Of a DNA stretch of 64,000 nucleotides, positions 9,691-20,963 are shown in pieces. The notes below the pieces were generated by a model, which was not told the origin of the DNA, searched no databases, and saw only the letters and a list, made by a program, of their open reading frames with translations. The position numbers and the translations under genes were made by a program. The DNA comes from Candidatus Spongiisociaceae bacterium (GTDB taxonomy: Bacteria; Actinomycetota; Acidimicrobiia; Spongiisociales; Spongiisociaceae), in the NCBI GenBank assembly GCA_965262915.1, contig OZ253564.1, positions 4,480,001-4,544,000 of the forward strand. The letters are read 5' to 3'. Every line of letters begins with the position of its first letter. Position 1 is the stretch's first letter.

Positions 9691-9750
9691 CCAGTGGTTA
9701 GTCGTGAATTACAAGTTATTAGATCTATTGTGATAGATTACTGACTACCG
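9691..9750. repeat. AT-rich ~60-bp segment bounded by imperfect inverted repeats
   Basis: ccagtggttagt ... actgactaccgg between convergent adnB and dtd. Confidence 0.4.
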
Positions 9751-9768
9751 GCACCTGAGCCACCGGCT

Positions 9769-10224
9769 TCAGACGATCCGTCCGTCGACGGTCTCGACCA
9801 TGAGGGTGAACGGGCCGTTGTTGCGCAGATCGACCTCCATCATGGCCCCGAACCGGCCGCAGGCGACCTCGACTCCTTGCGAGGCGACGGCTCCGGCGAA
9901 GCAGTCGACCAGACGCTCGGCGTGATCGGCGCGGGCCGCCTCCGTGAAGCTGGGCCGGCGCCCTCGGCGCACATCGGCGAAGAGCGTGAACTGGCTCACC
10001 ACCAGCATCGCGCCGCCCACGTCCCGCACCGACAGGTTGAACCTGCCCTGGCGGTCGGGGAATATCCTCAGCCCGACCAGCTTGGCCGCCAAGGCCTTCG
10101 CGTCTGCGCTCGTGTCGGCCCGGCCCACACCCACCAGTGCCAGGAGGCCTATGCCCACGCGGCCGACCACCTCCCCCTCGACCGACACCGAAGCATGGTC
10201 CACGCGTTGGATGAGTGCCCGCAT
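9769..10224 (-). CDS. dtd: D-aminoacyl-tRNA deacylase
   Basis: MRALIQRV, SQFTL, GRRPSF, FGAMMEV..NNGPFT. Confidence 0.95.
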   Translation of the reverse strand: MRALIQRVDHASVSVEGEVVGRVGIGLLALVGVGRADTSADAKALAAKLVGLRIFPDRQGRFNLSVRDVGGAMLVVSQFTLFADVRRGRRPSFTEAARADHAERLVDCFAGAVASQGVEVACGRFGAMMEVDLRNNGPFTLMVETVDGRIV

Positions 10225-10341
10225 ACGACGAATCTAGTGGTCTGTCGATCTCCCCGGGACGCCGGACCGACCACCCGCGGTGCAGAGGCCGAGGTGACCC
10301 AAACCTTCCGTGACCGCGACCACCGACGTAATATCGGCGCG

Positions 10342-12249
10342 GTGTCAGCTTCACGGTTCCGACCAAGCGCGCGGTCGAACGGCGGATCGGCGCGCCCGCC
10401 GCACCGCGGCCGCTCCGGGATCTCCCGACTCGTCCGGGAGGACGTTCTGTCGGACCCGGATTTGCTCAGCGCCCTGAGGCGGGTCGCCGACGGGCTGGGT
10501 CAATCCATGGAGCAGGTCTCCCGGAGGGCGGAGCGTCACCTCGACGAGATCGCCGCCTCGCCGTCACGGCTCATGGTCGTCCTCGCCGCCGGCCTCGGGC
10601 GGCTCCTCTACCGGCGCGCCTACGGGGCGATTCACTACAACCGCGAGGGACTGGAGGAAGCGCTGCGGCTGGGCGCCGGAGCGCCGATCGTGTTCCTGCC
10701 CTGTCACAGGTCGAACCTGGATCGCCCCATCATGCACTACCTGCTGTGGAAGAACGGTCACGCCCCCAACTACACGGCCGGGGGTATCAACATGAACTTC
10801 TTCCCCGTGGGTCCCATCTCCCGGCGGGCCGGAGTGTTCTTCATCCGCCGGACCTTCGCTGCCAACCCGGTCTACAAACTCGTCCTGCAGACATACTTCT
10901 CGTATCTGATCGAGCAACGTCGGCCCCTCGAGTGGTATATCGAAGGGGGCCGGAGCCGGACCGGCAAGCTCCGCTCGCCCCGCTACGGCTTGCTGGGATA
11001 CGCAGCTGCCGCCCTGATGGCGGGAAAGAGCGAGGACGTGTACCTCATCCCGACTTCGATCAACTACGACCATGTCCTGGAGGTCGACGCGTACACCGCC
11101 GAGCAGAGCGGCATCGCAAAGGAGCAGGAGACGTTCGGCTGGATGGTCAAGAGCATCCGCTCCCTCCCGAAGCGCAATGGCAATGTCCACGTGCGGTTCG
11201 GTGAACCGCTGTCGATGCGCGGCATGATCGGTCCGGGCAGCTCCGACCGCGATCGGAGGCACGACCTTCGCAACATGGCCTCCGAGGTTTGCATGCGGAT
11301 CAACCGGGTCACACCGATCACCCCCACCGCGCTGGTGGTGACAGCCCTCCTGTCCGACCGGGAGCAGGCACTGACCGGCCGGCGACTGGAGGCGACGCTG
11401 GCTGAACTGGTCGATCACGCCGAGTCTTGCGGTCTACCGTCCACCGAACCGCTGTCCGTGTTGGGCAGCGAACGGGTCCTCCGCGATGTGATCCGCGATC
11501 TGGCGGACCGCGGGATCGTCACGGTCGACGACCGGGACGCTGAACCCGGGGGATCGGAACCCGCCTACCGGATCGAGCCGGGCAGGCGTCTGGCCGCCTC
11601 CTACTACCGCAACACCATCGTCCATTTCTTCGTGGGCCCGGCTGTGGGCGAGCTGGCTCTGGCTGCAGCTGCCTCGGAGGACACCCTCGACCGGCCCTCG
11701 GAGAGGTTCCGCGACCATGTAGAGACGATCCGCGACCTGGTCGCATTCGAGTTCTTCCTCCCTGATCCCCCCTCGTTCATCGACGATGTCACCGCAGAAC
11801 TGACCCGGCGCCATCCCGGATGGCAGGAAATGCTGGAGGAGGGGTCCGGAGAGGCGGTGTTGGAACGGCTCCGCCCCCACCGCGCCTCGTGGGTACTCCG
11901 GTCCATCTTCGAGTCCTACCTGGTGGTGGCCGAGCAGTTGGCGCAGCGCCCGGTGGACCAGCCCTGGGACCGGTCCCCCTTCTCGAAGGCCTGTCTCGAA
12001 CGCAGCAAGGGGTATGTGCAGGAGGGACGGATCGGGGCCGAAGCGGCATCCCTGAGCTTGTTCGCCAACGCACTGCGGGTAGCCGCCCGCCGTGACCTGC
12101 TAGGACCGGGACCGGATGATCTCGCCACGCGCCGTAACTCGTTCGCCGCCGAACTGAGGCGGATCCTGGCGCTGGTGGACTCCCTCGATGTGCGACCACC
12201 CGCCGCGACTGACACCCTTTCGGATCCCACACGTAGGATCCGTCCATGA
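10342..12249 (+). CDS. plsB: Glycerol-3-phosphate O-acyltransferase (PlsB-like); start uncertain
   Basis: HRSNLD (HxxxxD), FFIRR, IEGGRSRTGK motifs. Confidence 0.8.
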   Translation: MSASRFRPSARSNGGSARPPHRGRSGISRLVREDVLSDPDLLSALRRVADGLGQSMEQVSRRAERHLDEIAASPSRLMVVLAAGLGRLLYRRAYGAIHYNREGLEEALRLGAGAPIVFLPCHRSNLDRPIMHYLLWKNGHAPNYTAGGINMNFFPVGPISRRAGVFFIRRTFAANPVYKLVLQTYFSYLIEQRRPLEWYIEGGRSRTGKLRSPRYGLLGYAAAALMAGKSEDVYLIPTSINYDHVLEVDAYTAEQSGIAKEQETFGWMVKSIRSLPKRNGNVHVRFGEPLSMRGMIGPGSSDRDRRHDLRNMASEVCMRINRVTPITPTALVVTALLSDREQALTGRRLEATLAELVDHAESCGLPSTEPLSVLGSERVLRDVIRDLADRGIVTVDDRDAEPGGSEPAYRIEPGRRLAASYYRNTIVHFFVGPAVGELALAAAASEDTLDRPSERFRDHVETIRDLVAFEFFLPDPPSFIDDVTAELTRRHPGWQEMLEEGSGEAVLERLRPHRASWVLRSIFESYLVVAEQLAQRPVDQPWDRSPFSKACLERSKGYVQEGRIGAEAASLSLFANALRVAARRDLLGPGPDDLATRRNSFAAELRRILALVDSLDVRPPAATDTLSDPTRRIRP

Positions 12250-13214
12250 CCCCCTTGCCGGACGGGTTGTGTCGCGATCTGCATTACTGGATGCGGCTCA
12301 CCCGCACGATGGACAACCGGCTGGTGAAGCTGTGGAAGCAGGGGCGAGGGTTGGGCGCCACGTTCAACCAGCGAGGGCACGAGGCGATCAGCGTGGGCGC
12401 CGGCGCCGCCCTCCGACCCGAGGACGTGGTGGCGCCGATGCATCGCGATCTGGGTTGTTACCTGATTCGCGGTATGACACCCCGGCGCATCATGGCCAAC
12501 CAGCTGGGTCGATCCACCGGCGTCACCGGCGGGCGCGATGCGAACCTCCACGGTTGCGGCGACCTGTCGCTCAACATTATCGGCTTCATCAGCCACCTGC
12601 CCCAGTCCATGCCGGTCGCTCTGGGTGCGGCCATGTCCTTCACCTACCGGAATGAGCCTCGCGTGGCGATGACGTTCGCGGGAGACGGCTCATCCTGCAC
12701 CGGCGTCTTCCACGAGACCCTCAACCTGGCGGCAGTCCAGGGAGCACCCTTCGTCGTGATCGTCGAGAACAACCAGTACGCGTTCTCGACCCCCCTCGAC
12801 CAGCAGATGGCCATCGAGGACATCGCCGTGCGCGGGACCGCCCACGGGGTGGCATCCGAGACCGTCGACGGCAACGACGTGGAGGCGGTCTACCGCGCCG
12901 TCGAGGTCGCCACGAACCGGGCGAGGGAAGGGGGCGGCCCGACCCTGATCGAGGCCAGGACCATGCGGATGCTGGGCCATGCCATCCACGACGGCGCCGA
13001 ATATGTGCCCCGCACGCTCCTGGAGGAGTGGAAGTCCCGCGATCCGATCACCCGCTACGAGGAAACCTTGCTGGCCCGCCGGATGGTGGACCGGGATCAC
13101 CTCGAGCGGGTGGCGGACGAGTGCCGGGGGATCGTGGCCGATGCGGTCCGGTTCGCCGAATCGAGCGCCTGGCCCGATCCCGCCACGGTCACCGCCGGGG
13201 TGTACGCATCATGA
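12246..13214 (+). CDS. TPP-dependent 2-oxoacid dehydrogenase E1 alpha subunit
   Basis: GHEA, GDG...ENNQYA TPP motif, VDGND, GGGPTLIEA. Confidence 0.92.
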   Translation: MTPLPDGLCRDLHYWMRLTRTMDNRLVKLWKQGRGLGATFNQRGHEAISVGAGAALRPEDVVAPMHRDLGCYLIRGMTPRRIMANQLGRSTGVTGGRDANLHGCGDLSLNIIGFISHLPQSMPVALGAAMSFTYRNEPRVAMTFAGDGSSCTGVFHETLNLAAVQGAPFVVIVENNQYAFSTPLDQQMAIEDIAVRGTAHGVASETVDGNDVEAVYRAVEVATNRAREGGGPTLIEARTMRMLGHAIHDGAEYVPRTLLEEWKSRDPITRYEETLLARRMVDRDHLERVADECRGIVADAVRFAESSAWPDPATVTAGVYAS

Positions 13215-13257
13215 ACCCGTCGGGGTGCGGCAGGTCCCTTCCGAGGGATGTAGAGGC

Positions 13258-14271
13258 ATGACACATGGCGTAGCGTCGCCGGCCCGACCGTCCGGCGCCC
13301 GCACGATGACCTACATCGAGGCGATCAGCGACGGCCTGCGCACCGAGATGCGGCGCGATCCCAGGGTGCTGGTGATGGGCGAGGACATCGGCGGCGAGTT
13401 CGGCGGGGCCTTCAAGGTGACCAAGGGGTTCGAGGCCGAGTTCGGCGCCGGTCGCGTGATCAACACTCCGATGACCGAACTCGGTTTCATCGGTGCTGCC
13501 ACCGGGATGGCTCTGATGGGTCTGCGGCCCGTGATAGAAGTGCAGTTCGCCGACTTCATCTCGACCGGGTTCGACGCCATCGTGCAATACGCCGCCACCA
13601 CCCACTACCGGTGGAAGGCGGCTGTCCCGTGGGTGATCCGGGCCCCTGCCGACGGAGGGATCCGTTCCGGTCCCTTCCACAGCCAGAATCCCGAGGCCTG
13701 GTTCGTGCACACTCCCGGCCTCAAGGTGGTGGCGCCTGCCACGCCCGCCGATGCCAAGGGCCTGCTGCTGGGGGCGATACGCGACAACAACCCGGTCATC
13801 TACTTCGAGTCCAAACCCCTCTACCGGAGCCTTCGAGGCGAGGTTCCCGATGGGGACGAGGCTGTGCCGATCGGAAAGGCACGGGTAGCGCGCGCCGGCC
13901 GGAACGTCACCGTGATCACCTACGGCGAGATGCTCCGCCAGGCTCTCGAGGCCGCCGAAGGGGTGGATCCGGAGATCTCGGCGGAGGTGATCGACCTGCG
14001 CACGCTCAAGCCCCTCGACCGCGAGACGATCCTGTCATCGGTTCGCAAGACCGGAAGGGTAGTGGTGGTTCACGCCGCCAACCGCATGGCGGGGATCGGG
14101 GCCGAGATCGCCGCCGACATCGGTGAGGTCGCCTTCGAGTATCTGGACGCCCCGGTCACCCGGCTGGGCGGCCTCGACATCCCGGTACCGTTCAGCCCCC
14201 CGCTGGAGGACGCCTACCGCCCGGCCGCAGCCGGTATAGCCGCGGCGATACGCGAGACGGCCGCATTCTGA
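13258..14271 (+). CDS. 2-oxoacid dehydrogenase E1 beta subunit
   Basis: MGEDIG, EVQFADF, GPFHSQ, EVIDLRTLKPLD. Confidence 0.92.
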   Translation: MTHGVASPARPSGARTMTYIEAISDGLRTEMRRDPRVLVMGEDIGGEFGGAFKVTKGFEAEFGAGRVINTPMTELGFIGAATGMALMGLRPVIEVQFADFISTGFDAIVQYAATTHYRWKAAVPWVIRAPADGGIRSGPFHSQNPEAWFVHTPGLKVVAPATPADAKGLLLGAIRDNNPVIYFESKPLYRSLRGEVPDGDEAVPIGKARVARAGRNVTVITYGEMLRQALEAAEGVDPEISAEVIDLRTLKPLDRETILSSVRKTGRVVVVHAANRMAGIGAEIAADIGEVAFEYLDAPVTRLGGLDIPVPFSPPLEDAYRPAAAGIAAAIRETAAF

Positions 14272-14376
14272 ACCGGGAGCGCTCCGGGTAGGAAGGATGG
14301 CGTCGGCGTTGCGATGGCGATCCCCCAGCCGGTGCTCAGCGGCTCCAGGAACACATGTTCACGCTGTGGGTCGATA

Positions 14377-14489
14377 TCGGTGGTCCGTCTGTGAAATGGC
14401 GGTGTGGCATGCGCCGGCAGCGGCGTTCTTCCCTAGGCCTGCCGACGCCAAGCTGGGCACGCCGGACCATCTCGCGGGCAGACCACTAA
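14377..14489. mobile_element. Family B miniature inverted-repeat element
   Basis: Ends gtggtccgtctg / cgggcagaccac. Core ggcggtgtggcatgcgccggcagcg is shared (reverse complement) with 49057-49157 and 54741-54841. Confidence 0.7.
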
Positions 14490-14498
14490 TCTGAGCCC

Positions 14499-15419
14499 AT
14501 GCGCCGGTTCACCATCGACCTGCAGGGTCCGCTACACGGAATCGAGTACGGAGGCAGGGGCCGGCTGATCCTGCTGGTCCACGGTTTGAGCGGATCGGCG
14601 GTCAACTGGGTGGAGGTGGGCGAACCGCTGACCGCCTACGGGAGGGTGATGGCGCCGGAGCTGCCCGGATTCGGGCGCACGCCCCCGGCCGGACGCCGCG
14701 TCTCGGTGGAACAGCAGGCCGGATTGCTGGCCGCCTTGATCGAGCGGGAGTCCGTCGACCCGGCCCTCGTGATCGGCAACTCGATGGGGGCGATGACCGC
14801 CATGCTGCTCGCCGGCCGGTATCCCGAGTTGGTCGACCGGCTGGTGCTCATAGACTCCCCCTCCCCCGCGCCCTCGGTCCACGGCATCGCGCCGGTCTGG
14901 GGTGCGGTCATGATCGCCTACCTGGTACCGGGAATCAACAAGGCCCTGCTGACCTGGCTCCACAGCCAGGGAACACCCGCGCAGCTCACCGATGCCGGCA
15001 TAGACCTGATCACCGGAGTGCCCGACCGGATATCGCGGGCCACCAGGCGGTTGCACGCCGGGGTCACTAGCGAACGCCACCTGATGCCGTGGATGCACGA
15101 CGCACACCTGGCGGCATACCGATCGGTCATGCGCAACCTGGTTCCCTTCTCTCGCTTCGACCGCATGGTGCGGAGGGTCAGGGCGCCGACCCTTCTCATC
15201 CACGGGGCCGAGGACCCGGTGGTACCGCTCGGATCCGCAGAGCGGCTCGCCTCGGTCCGCCCTGATTGGTCCTACCAACCGTTGGTGGGCGTCGGTCACA
15301 TAGCCATGATGGAGGTGCCCGAGTTGTTTCTGGAGTTGGTCGCGGAGTTCCTCGCGACCTACGAGGGTGCTGAAAAACACTCAGAGGAGCATCCCCGTGC
15401 AAAGGGGTTCGCACGCTAG
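14499..15419 (+). CDS. Alpha/beta fold hydrolase
   Basis: VHGL, LPGFG, GNSMG nucleophile elbow, HGAEDPVV, GH. Confidence 0.9.
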   Translation: MRRFTIDLQGPLHGIEYGGRGRLILLVHGLSGSAVNWVEVGEPLTAYGRVMAPELPGFGRTPPAGRRVSVEQQAGLLAALIERESVDPALVIGNSMGAMTAMLLAGRYPELVDRLVLIDSPSPAPSVHGIAPVWGAVMIAYLVPGINKALLTWLHSQGTPAQLTDAGIDLITGVPDRISRATRRLHAGVTSERHLMPWMHDAHLAAYRSVMRNLVPFSRFDRMVRRVRAPTLLIHGAEDPVVPLGSAERLASVRPDWSYQPLVGVGHIAMMEVPELFLELVAEFLATYEGAEKHSEEHPRAKGFAR

Positions 15420-15491
15420 CCCGCAACGCTCAGACCAGGTAGTTTGCCAACCAGCGAACCCCGCAAGATTCGTTTTTCGGCACCCTCCCAG
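15359..15491. mobile_element. MITE-like element with family-A-type ends overlapping the hydrolase 3' end
   Basis: TIRs gagggtgctgaaaaac / gtttttcggcaccctc; interior differs from other family A copies. Confidence 0.7.
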
Positions 15492-15496
15492 CCGCT

Positions 15497-17239
15497 CTAC
15501 CGACCGTGCCGACGCTCCCGGGCCCAGGCCAGGAACCGCCGGGCCGGCCAGGTGTTGGCGATCATGTCCGGGTCCACCCATCCGCGCTGCGCCTGCCGGA
15601 TGCCCCATCTCGACTGCGCCAGTTCCCCCACACGATGAGCATCGGTGGAGATAACGAAGTGGACCTCGCGACCCCTGGCCTGGAGTAGGGCCTCCACCGG
15701 AGCGTCGAGCCGGTCGAGGTGCGAGTTGATCTCGATGGCGGTGCCGGTGATCTCGGCGGCGTCGAGCACGGCGCCTATGTCGAGGTCGATACCCGGGCGC
15801 CGCCCCACCCGCCGTCCTTGCAGGTGACCGATCACGTCGACCGCGGGGTGGCCCATCGCCGTGATGAGCCGGGCGGTCTGATGCTCCCGGGAGAGGTCGA
15901 AATAGCTGTGGACGGACGCGACACACCAGTCGTAGTCCATCAGGAAGGCGCGGTCGTAGTCCAGCGATCCGTCCCGCCCGATATTGAGCTCCACCCCGTG
16001 CAGGATGCGCATGTCCGGATACCTTCCCCGGAGTTCGCCGATCCGGCGTCGTTGGGCCAGCATCTCGGGCCGGCCCACCCCGTTGATGGTCAGATTCTCG
16101 GCGTGGTCGGTGACGGCTACGTACTCCAGGCCCATCCCGGCGGCCGCATCCAGCATCGCTTCGAGCGAATCGTCGCCATCACCGGACATGTCGGTATGGA
16201 CATGGAGATCGCCCCGCAGGTCCCCGTCGACCACCAGGTCGGGCAACCCGTCGGTCCTGGCCGCCTCGATCTCGCCCTGGTCCTCCCGAATGGTCGGTGG
16301 GATCCACGGGAGCCCCAGCGCCTTGTAGATCGCCTCCTCCGTCTCCTCGGCCACCACCACCCCGGTTTCCGCCTCGTACAGGGCGTACTCGCTGAGTACC
16401 CACCCCCGCTCGATCGCCAAACGGCGCAGCCGGATGTTGTGCTCTTTCGACCCGGTGAGGTAGAGGATGGCCGCCCCCCATTGGTGCCGGGGAACCATCC
16501 GGACATCAACCTGGAGGCCCGAGTGGATCACCACCGAGGTCTTCGTGCCCCCCGAAGCGATAACCTGGCGGATCCAGCCCGAGCCGAGCACACGCCCGGA
16601 CACCGAGGCCGGGTCGGAGGTCGCCACCAGGATGTCCAGATCGGCCACGGTGTCCCGGAAACGCCGCAGGCTCCCGCAGTAGGCGGCGTCCTCCACACCG
16701 GGCAGGGTCCGGAGTTCGCCCACCAGCCGCCGCGCCTCCCGCATGGCCGCAAGGATCGGGGTCCTGCGATCCTTGCCCGACCACCCGAGCCGGTCGATCG
16801 CCCGCCGCAGGTTCTCCTCCGTCTTGGCGCCGAATCCCGGCAACTCCCGGATCGCCTCCGCCTTCAAGGCCGCTATCAGGCTCGTCACCGAGTCGACCCC
16901 CAGAGATCTCCGCAGCAGGGCGGCCCTCTTGGGCCCCAGACCCGGAACACGCACCAGTTCCCGGAACTCGAGCGGGAACTCTTCGCGCAGCTCCTCCAGC
17001 CTGGCGACCCTCCCTGTTTCGACATACTCCCGAATACTGGAAGCCGAGGACTTGCCGATCCCGGAGACCCTTCTCAACTCGGCGTCCGACAATACCGCCG
17101 CCGATTGGGGCAACCCCTCGATGGTCTTGACCGCCGCCTCGTAGGCCCTGGCCCGGAAGGACTGAGAACTACCGTCGGCAATCCGGGTCAGCACAGCCAA
17201 CTCGTCGAAGAGGGCGGCCACTTCCGCGTTGGTCACCAC
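15497..17239 (-). CDS. polX: DNA polymerase X / PHP 3'-5' exonuclease
   Basis: GSLRR, DLDIL, TGSKEHN; PHP motifs DLHVHT, TDH, STDAH. Confidence 0.93.
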   Translation of the reverse strand: MVTNAEVAALFDELAVLTRIADGSSQSFRARAYEAAVKTIEGLPQSAAVLSDAELRRVSGIGKSSASSIREYVETGRVARLEELREEFPLEFRELVRVPGLGPKRAALLRRSLGVDSVTSLIAALKAEAIRELPGFGAKTEENLRRAIDRLGWSGKDRRTPILAAMREARRLVGELRTLPGVEDAAYCGSLRRFRDTVADLDILVATSDPASVSGRVLGSGWIRQVIASGGTKTSVVIHSGLQVDVRMVPRHQWGAAILYLTGSKEHNIRLRRLAIERGWVLSEYALYEAETGVVVAEETEEAIYKALGLPWIPPTIREDQGEIEAARTDGLPDLVVDGDLRGDLHVHTDMSGDGDDSLEAMLDAAAGMGLEYVAVTDHAENLTINGVGRPEMLAQRRRIGELRGRYPDMRILHGVELNIGRDGSLDYDRAFLMDYDWCVASVHSYFDLSREHQTARLITAMGHPAVDVIGHLQGRRVGRRPGIDLDIGAVLDAAEITGTAIEINSHLDRLDAPVEALLQARGREVHFVISTDAHRVGELAQSRWGIRQAQRGWVDPDMIANTWPARRFLAWARERRHGR

Positions 17240-17385
17240 AGGCCCCTCCTAATGCCTCCTCCCGACCTGGTCCGGAACGGGATGGAGTGAGGGTATCGCA
17301 CTGCCGCCGACCGCCGGGTGGGGATCGGGCGAGATCGGATGTCAGGTAACCTCTCGCGGCGCCGTACCGTCAGAAGGACTCGAAC

Positions 17386-18767
<1,382 letters not shown>

Positions 18768-18771
<4 letters not shown>

Positions 18772-18875
18772 GACAAGGCCGAGAGCGAGGATCGCGGGAG
18801 GCCCACCACTCGCGGACCGGGCATTGTCGGGTCGAGTGGCAGACCGTCGGCGAATTGCTCTTGGCACTCTCCCAG
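18768..18875. mobile_element. Degenerate MITE-like element starting at the malic enzyme TAG stop
   Basis: Imperfect TIRs gacaaggccgagagcga / ttgctcttggcactctc, flanked by GTAG/CCAG; 100-bp core. Confidence 0.5.
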
Positions 18876-18890
18876 GGGGGTGCGAACCGC

Positions 18891-20183
18891 TCAAGGAGTC
18901 GGGTCCGTGGGAAGGCACGGCACGCGGATCCGGAACGTGGAACCCTCGCCCAAGCGGCTCTGCACCTCAACCCGTCCCTTGTGCAACTCGGCCACATGCT
19001 TGACGATCGCCAGGCCCAGCCCCGTACCTCCGGTAGCCCTGGAACGGGCTGCGTCCACCCGGTAGAACCGTTCGAAGATGCGGGGGATATCGGCCACCGG
19101 GATGCCCGAGCCGCTGTCCGCCACCACCACCGTCGCCTCACCGTTCTCCGATCCCACCGATACCCGCACCCATCCATCGTCGGGCGTATGGCGGACCGCG
19201 TTCTCGACCAGGTTCCGGAACGCGAGGGCCAGATCGGACGGGTTCCCGACAATCGGTGTGGGGACCGCCTCGAACTCGACGGCCGGGAGTGACGAGATGA
19301 ACCGCCGGACCTCCTCGGCGAGTAGATCGGCCAAGTCGAAAGGCTCCACCGGCGGGGCATACGATTCGAGGCGCGACAGGTCCAGCAGGTCGGCCACGAT
19401 CCTCGACATGCGGATGGCGTTGTCCAGGATCCGTCCGGAGAACTCCAGTACTGCGTCGGGATCATCGTCCAAAGCGACCAGGACGGTCTCCGCAGCGGCT
19501 TGGATGGCCGCCACCGGGGTCTTGAGTTCGTGGGAGGCCGCCATCACGAAGTCTTGGCGCATCCGGTCTGCGTGCCAACGTTCGGTCACATCGATCAGAT
19601 GCACCACGACGAGGCCATCGTCTCCGGGAGGGCGGGCCGAGACCTCCATCACCCGGCGCGGGAATCCCTGGGTGAAACGCCTGGAGGAGGCCCGTCCCCC
19701 GCTCGCTTCCTCGATCACCTGGCGGACCGCGGTAGGCATCGGGGCCCCTACTTCGGTTACCCGCTCTCCGAGCAGCGCCACGGCAGCCCGGTTGGCATAC
19801 ACCGGACGGCCCGAACGCACGGCGACGACCCCCACCGGGAGGGAGGCGAGAAGGACAGTATGGAGTTCTCCCCGGCGGAGCAGGCCGGCTCTCTCCACTG
19901 CCAGATCGTGGAGTCGGAGACTCTCCTCGAGTTCTTTGCGGCGGCGGTATCGCTCGGCCCACGACAGCCACGCGATACCCGTCAGGGCTGCCAGGCACCC
20001 CACCCACGGCCAAGGTAGCGGCGCTCGAAGCGACGCTACGCCGGCCACCATCAAGGCTGACAGTACGACCCACCTGAGCGCCAGGATCCCCAGCCGGCCT
20101 CCACGGGAACCGGGTACAGCTTCGGTCAGCCGGCCTTCTCTCACCATTTCGAACGGGAAGGATCGGGTGGCGGCGGTTGACAC
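18891..20183 (-). CDS. Sensor histidine kinase (SenX3/PhoR-like)
   Basis: Two TM helices, ASHELKTP, NLVENA, DSGSGI, GTGLGL; located in the pst cluster. Confidence 0.9.
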   Translation of the reverse strand: MSTAATRSFPFEMVREGRLTEAVPGSRGGRLGILALRWVVLSALMVAGVASLRAPLPWPWVGCLAALTGIAWLSWAERYRRRKELEESLRLHDLAVERAGLLRRGELHTVLLASLPVGVVAVRSGRPVYANRAAVALLGERVTEVGAPMPTAVRQVIEEASGGRASSRRFTQGFPRRVMEVSARPPGDDGLVVVHLIDVTERWHADRMRQDFVMAASHELKTPVAAIQAAAETVLVALDDDPDAVLEFSGRILDNAIRMSRIVADLLDLSRLESYAPPVEPFDLADLLAEEVRRFISSLPAVEFEAVPTPIVGNPSDLALAFRNLVENAVRHTPDDGWVRVSVGSENGEATVVVADSGSGIPVADIPRIFERFYRVDAARSRATGGTGLGLAIVKHVAELHKGRVEVQSRLGEGSTFRIRVPCLPTDPTP

Positions 20184-20267
20184 TCGATGGGCCGGTTCGT
20201 TCGACGGACTCGTGACGTGAGGATCATGTGAACGCCGTGTGGAATGCTCATCCAGCAGGGCGTTCTC

Positions 20268-20963
20268 TCAATCATCTTCGACGAACTTGTAGCCGAGGCC
20301 TCTGACCGTCACGATCCACTTCGGCGAACGAGGCGTCGGTTCCACCTTCTCTCTCAGACGGCGAATATGGACATCCAGCGTCTTGGGATCGCCGAAGAAC
20401 GGCACCCCCCATATCTCCTCCAGGAGGATCTGACGCAGGACCAACCTACCCTTGCGAACCAGAAGCGCCTCCAGGAGATCGAACTCCTTGGGACGGAAGT
20501 CGACCAACTCGCCATCGATCCGGACCTCGTGCCGGTCCACGTCGAGCGAGACGGGTCCGCCTTCGAGTACCAGCGAGTCCATGGTGCGAGGAACGCGGGC
20601 AGCGCGGCGCAGGACTCCCCTGATCCGTGACACCAACTCTCGCATCGAGAAGGGCTTGGTGACATAGTCGTCGGCTCCCAACTCCAAGCCGGCCACCACA
20701 TCGGCTTCCGCATCCTTGGCCGTGACCACGACCACCGGCACCTCGGACGTCGCGCGGATCTGGCGGAGCACGTCGAGCCCTCCCAGACCCGGCAGCATGA
20801 GGTCCAGCACCACGAGATCGACCGCCCTGCGGCGGTACGACTCTATGGCTACCCGGCCGTCCCCGACAACGGTAACCTCGTACCCTTCGCGGGCCAGGTT
20901 GTAGCGAAGAGACTCGGCGAGGGTCTCCTCGTCCTCGACCACCAGGATCGACGGCATGGTCAT
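20268..20963 (-). CDS. OmpR-family response regulator (RegX3/PhoB-like)
   Basis: VVEDE, LDLMLP, GADDYVTKPF, TLDVHIRRLR, VRGLGY. Confidence 0.92.
   Translation of the reverse strand: MTMPSILVVEDEETLAESLRYNLAREGYEVTVVGDGRVAIESYRRRAVDLVVLDLMLPGLGGLDVLRQIRATSEVPVVVVTAKDAEADVVAGLELGADDYVTKPFSMRELVSRIRGVLRRAARVPRTMDSLVLEGGPVSLDVDRHEVRIDGELVDFRPKEFDLLEALLVRKGRLVLRQILLEEIWGVPFFGDPKTLDVHIRRLREKVEPTPRSPKWIVTVRGLGYKFVEDD

Noticed and set aside
9877-10341. Upstream extension of the plsB-like ORF
   Set aside because: It overlaps dtd on the opposite strand and lacks protein-like features.
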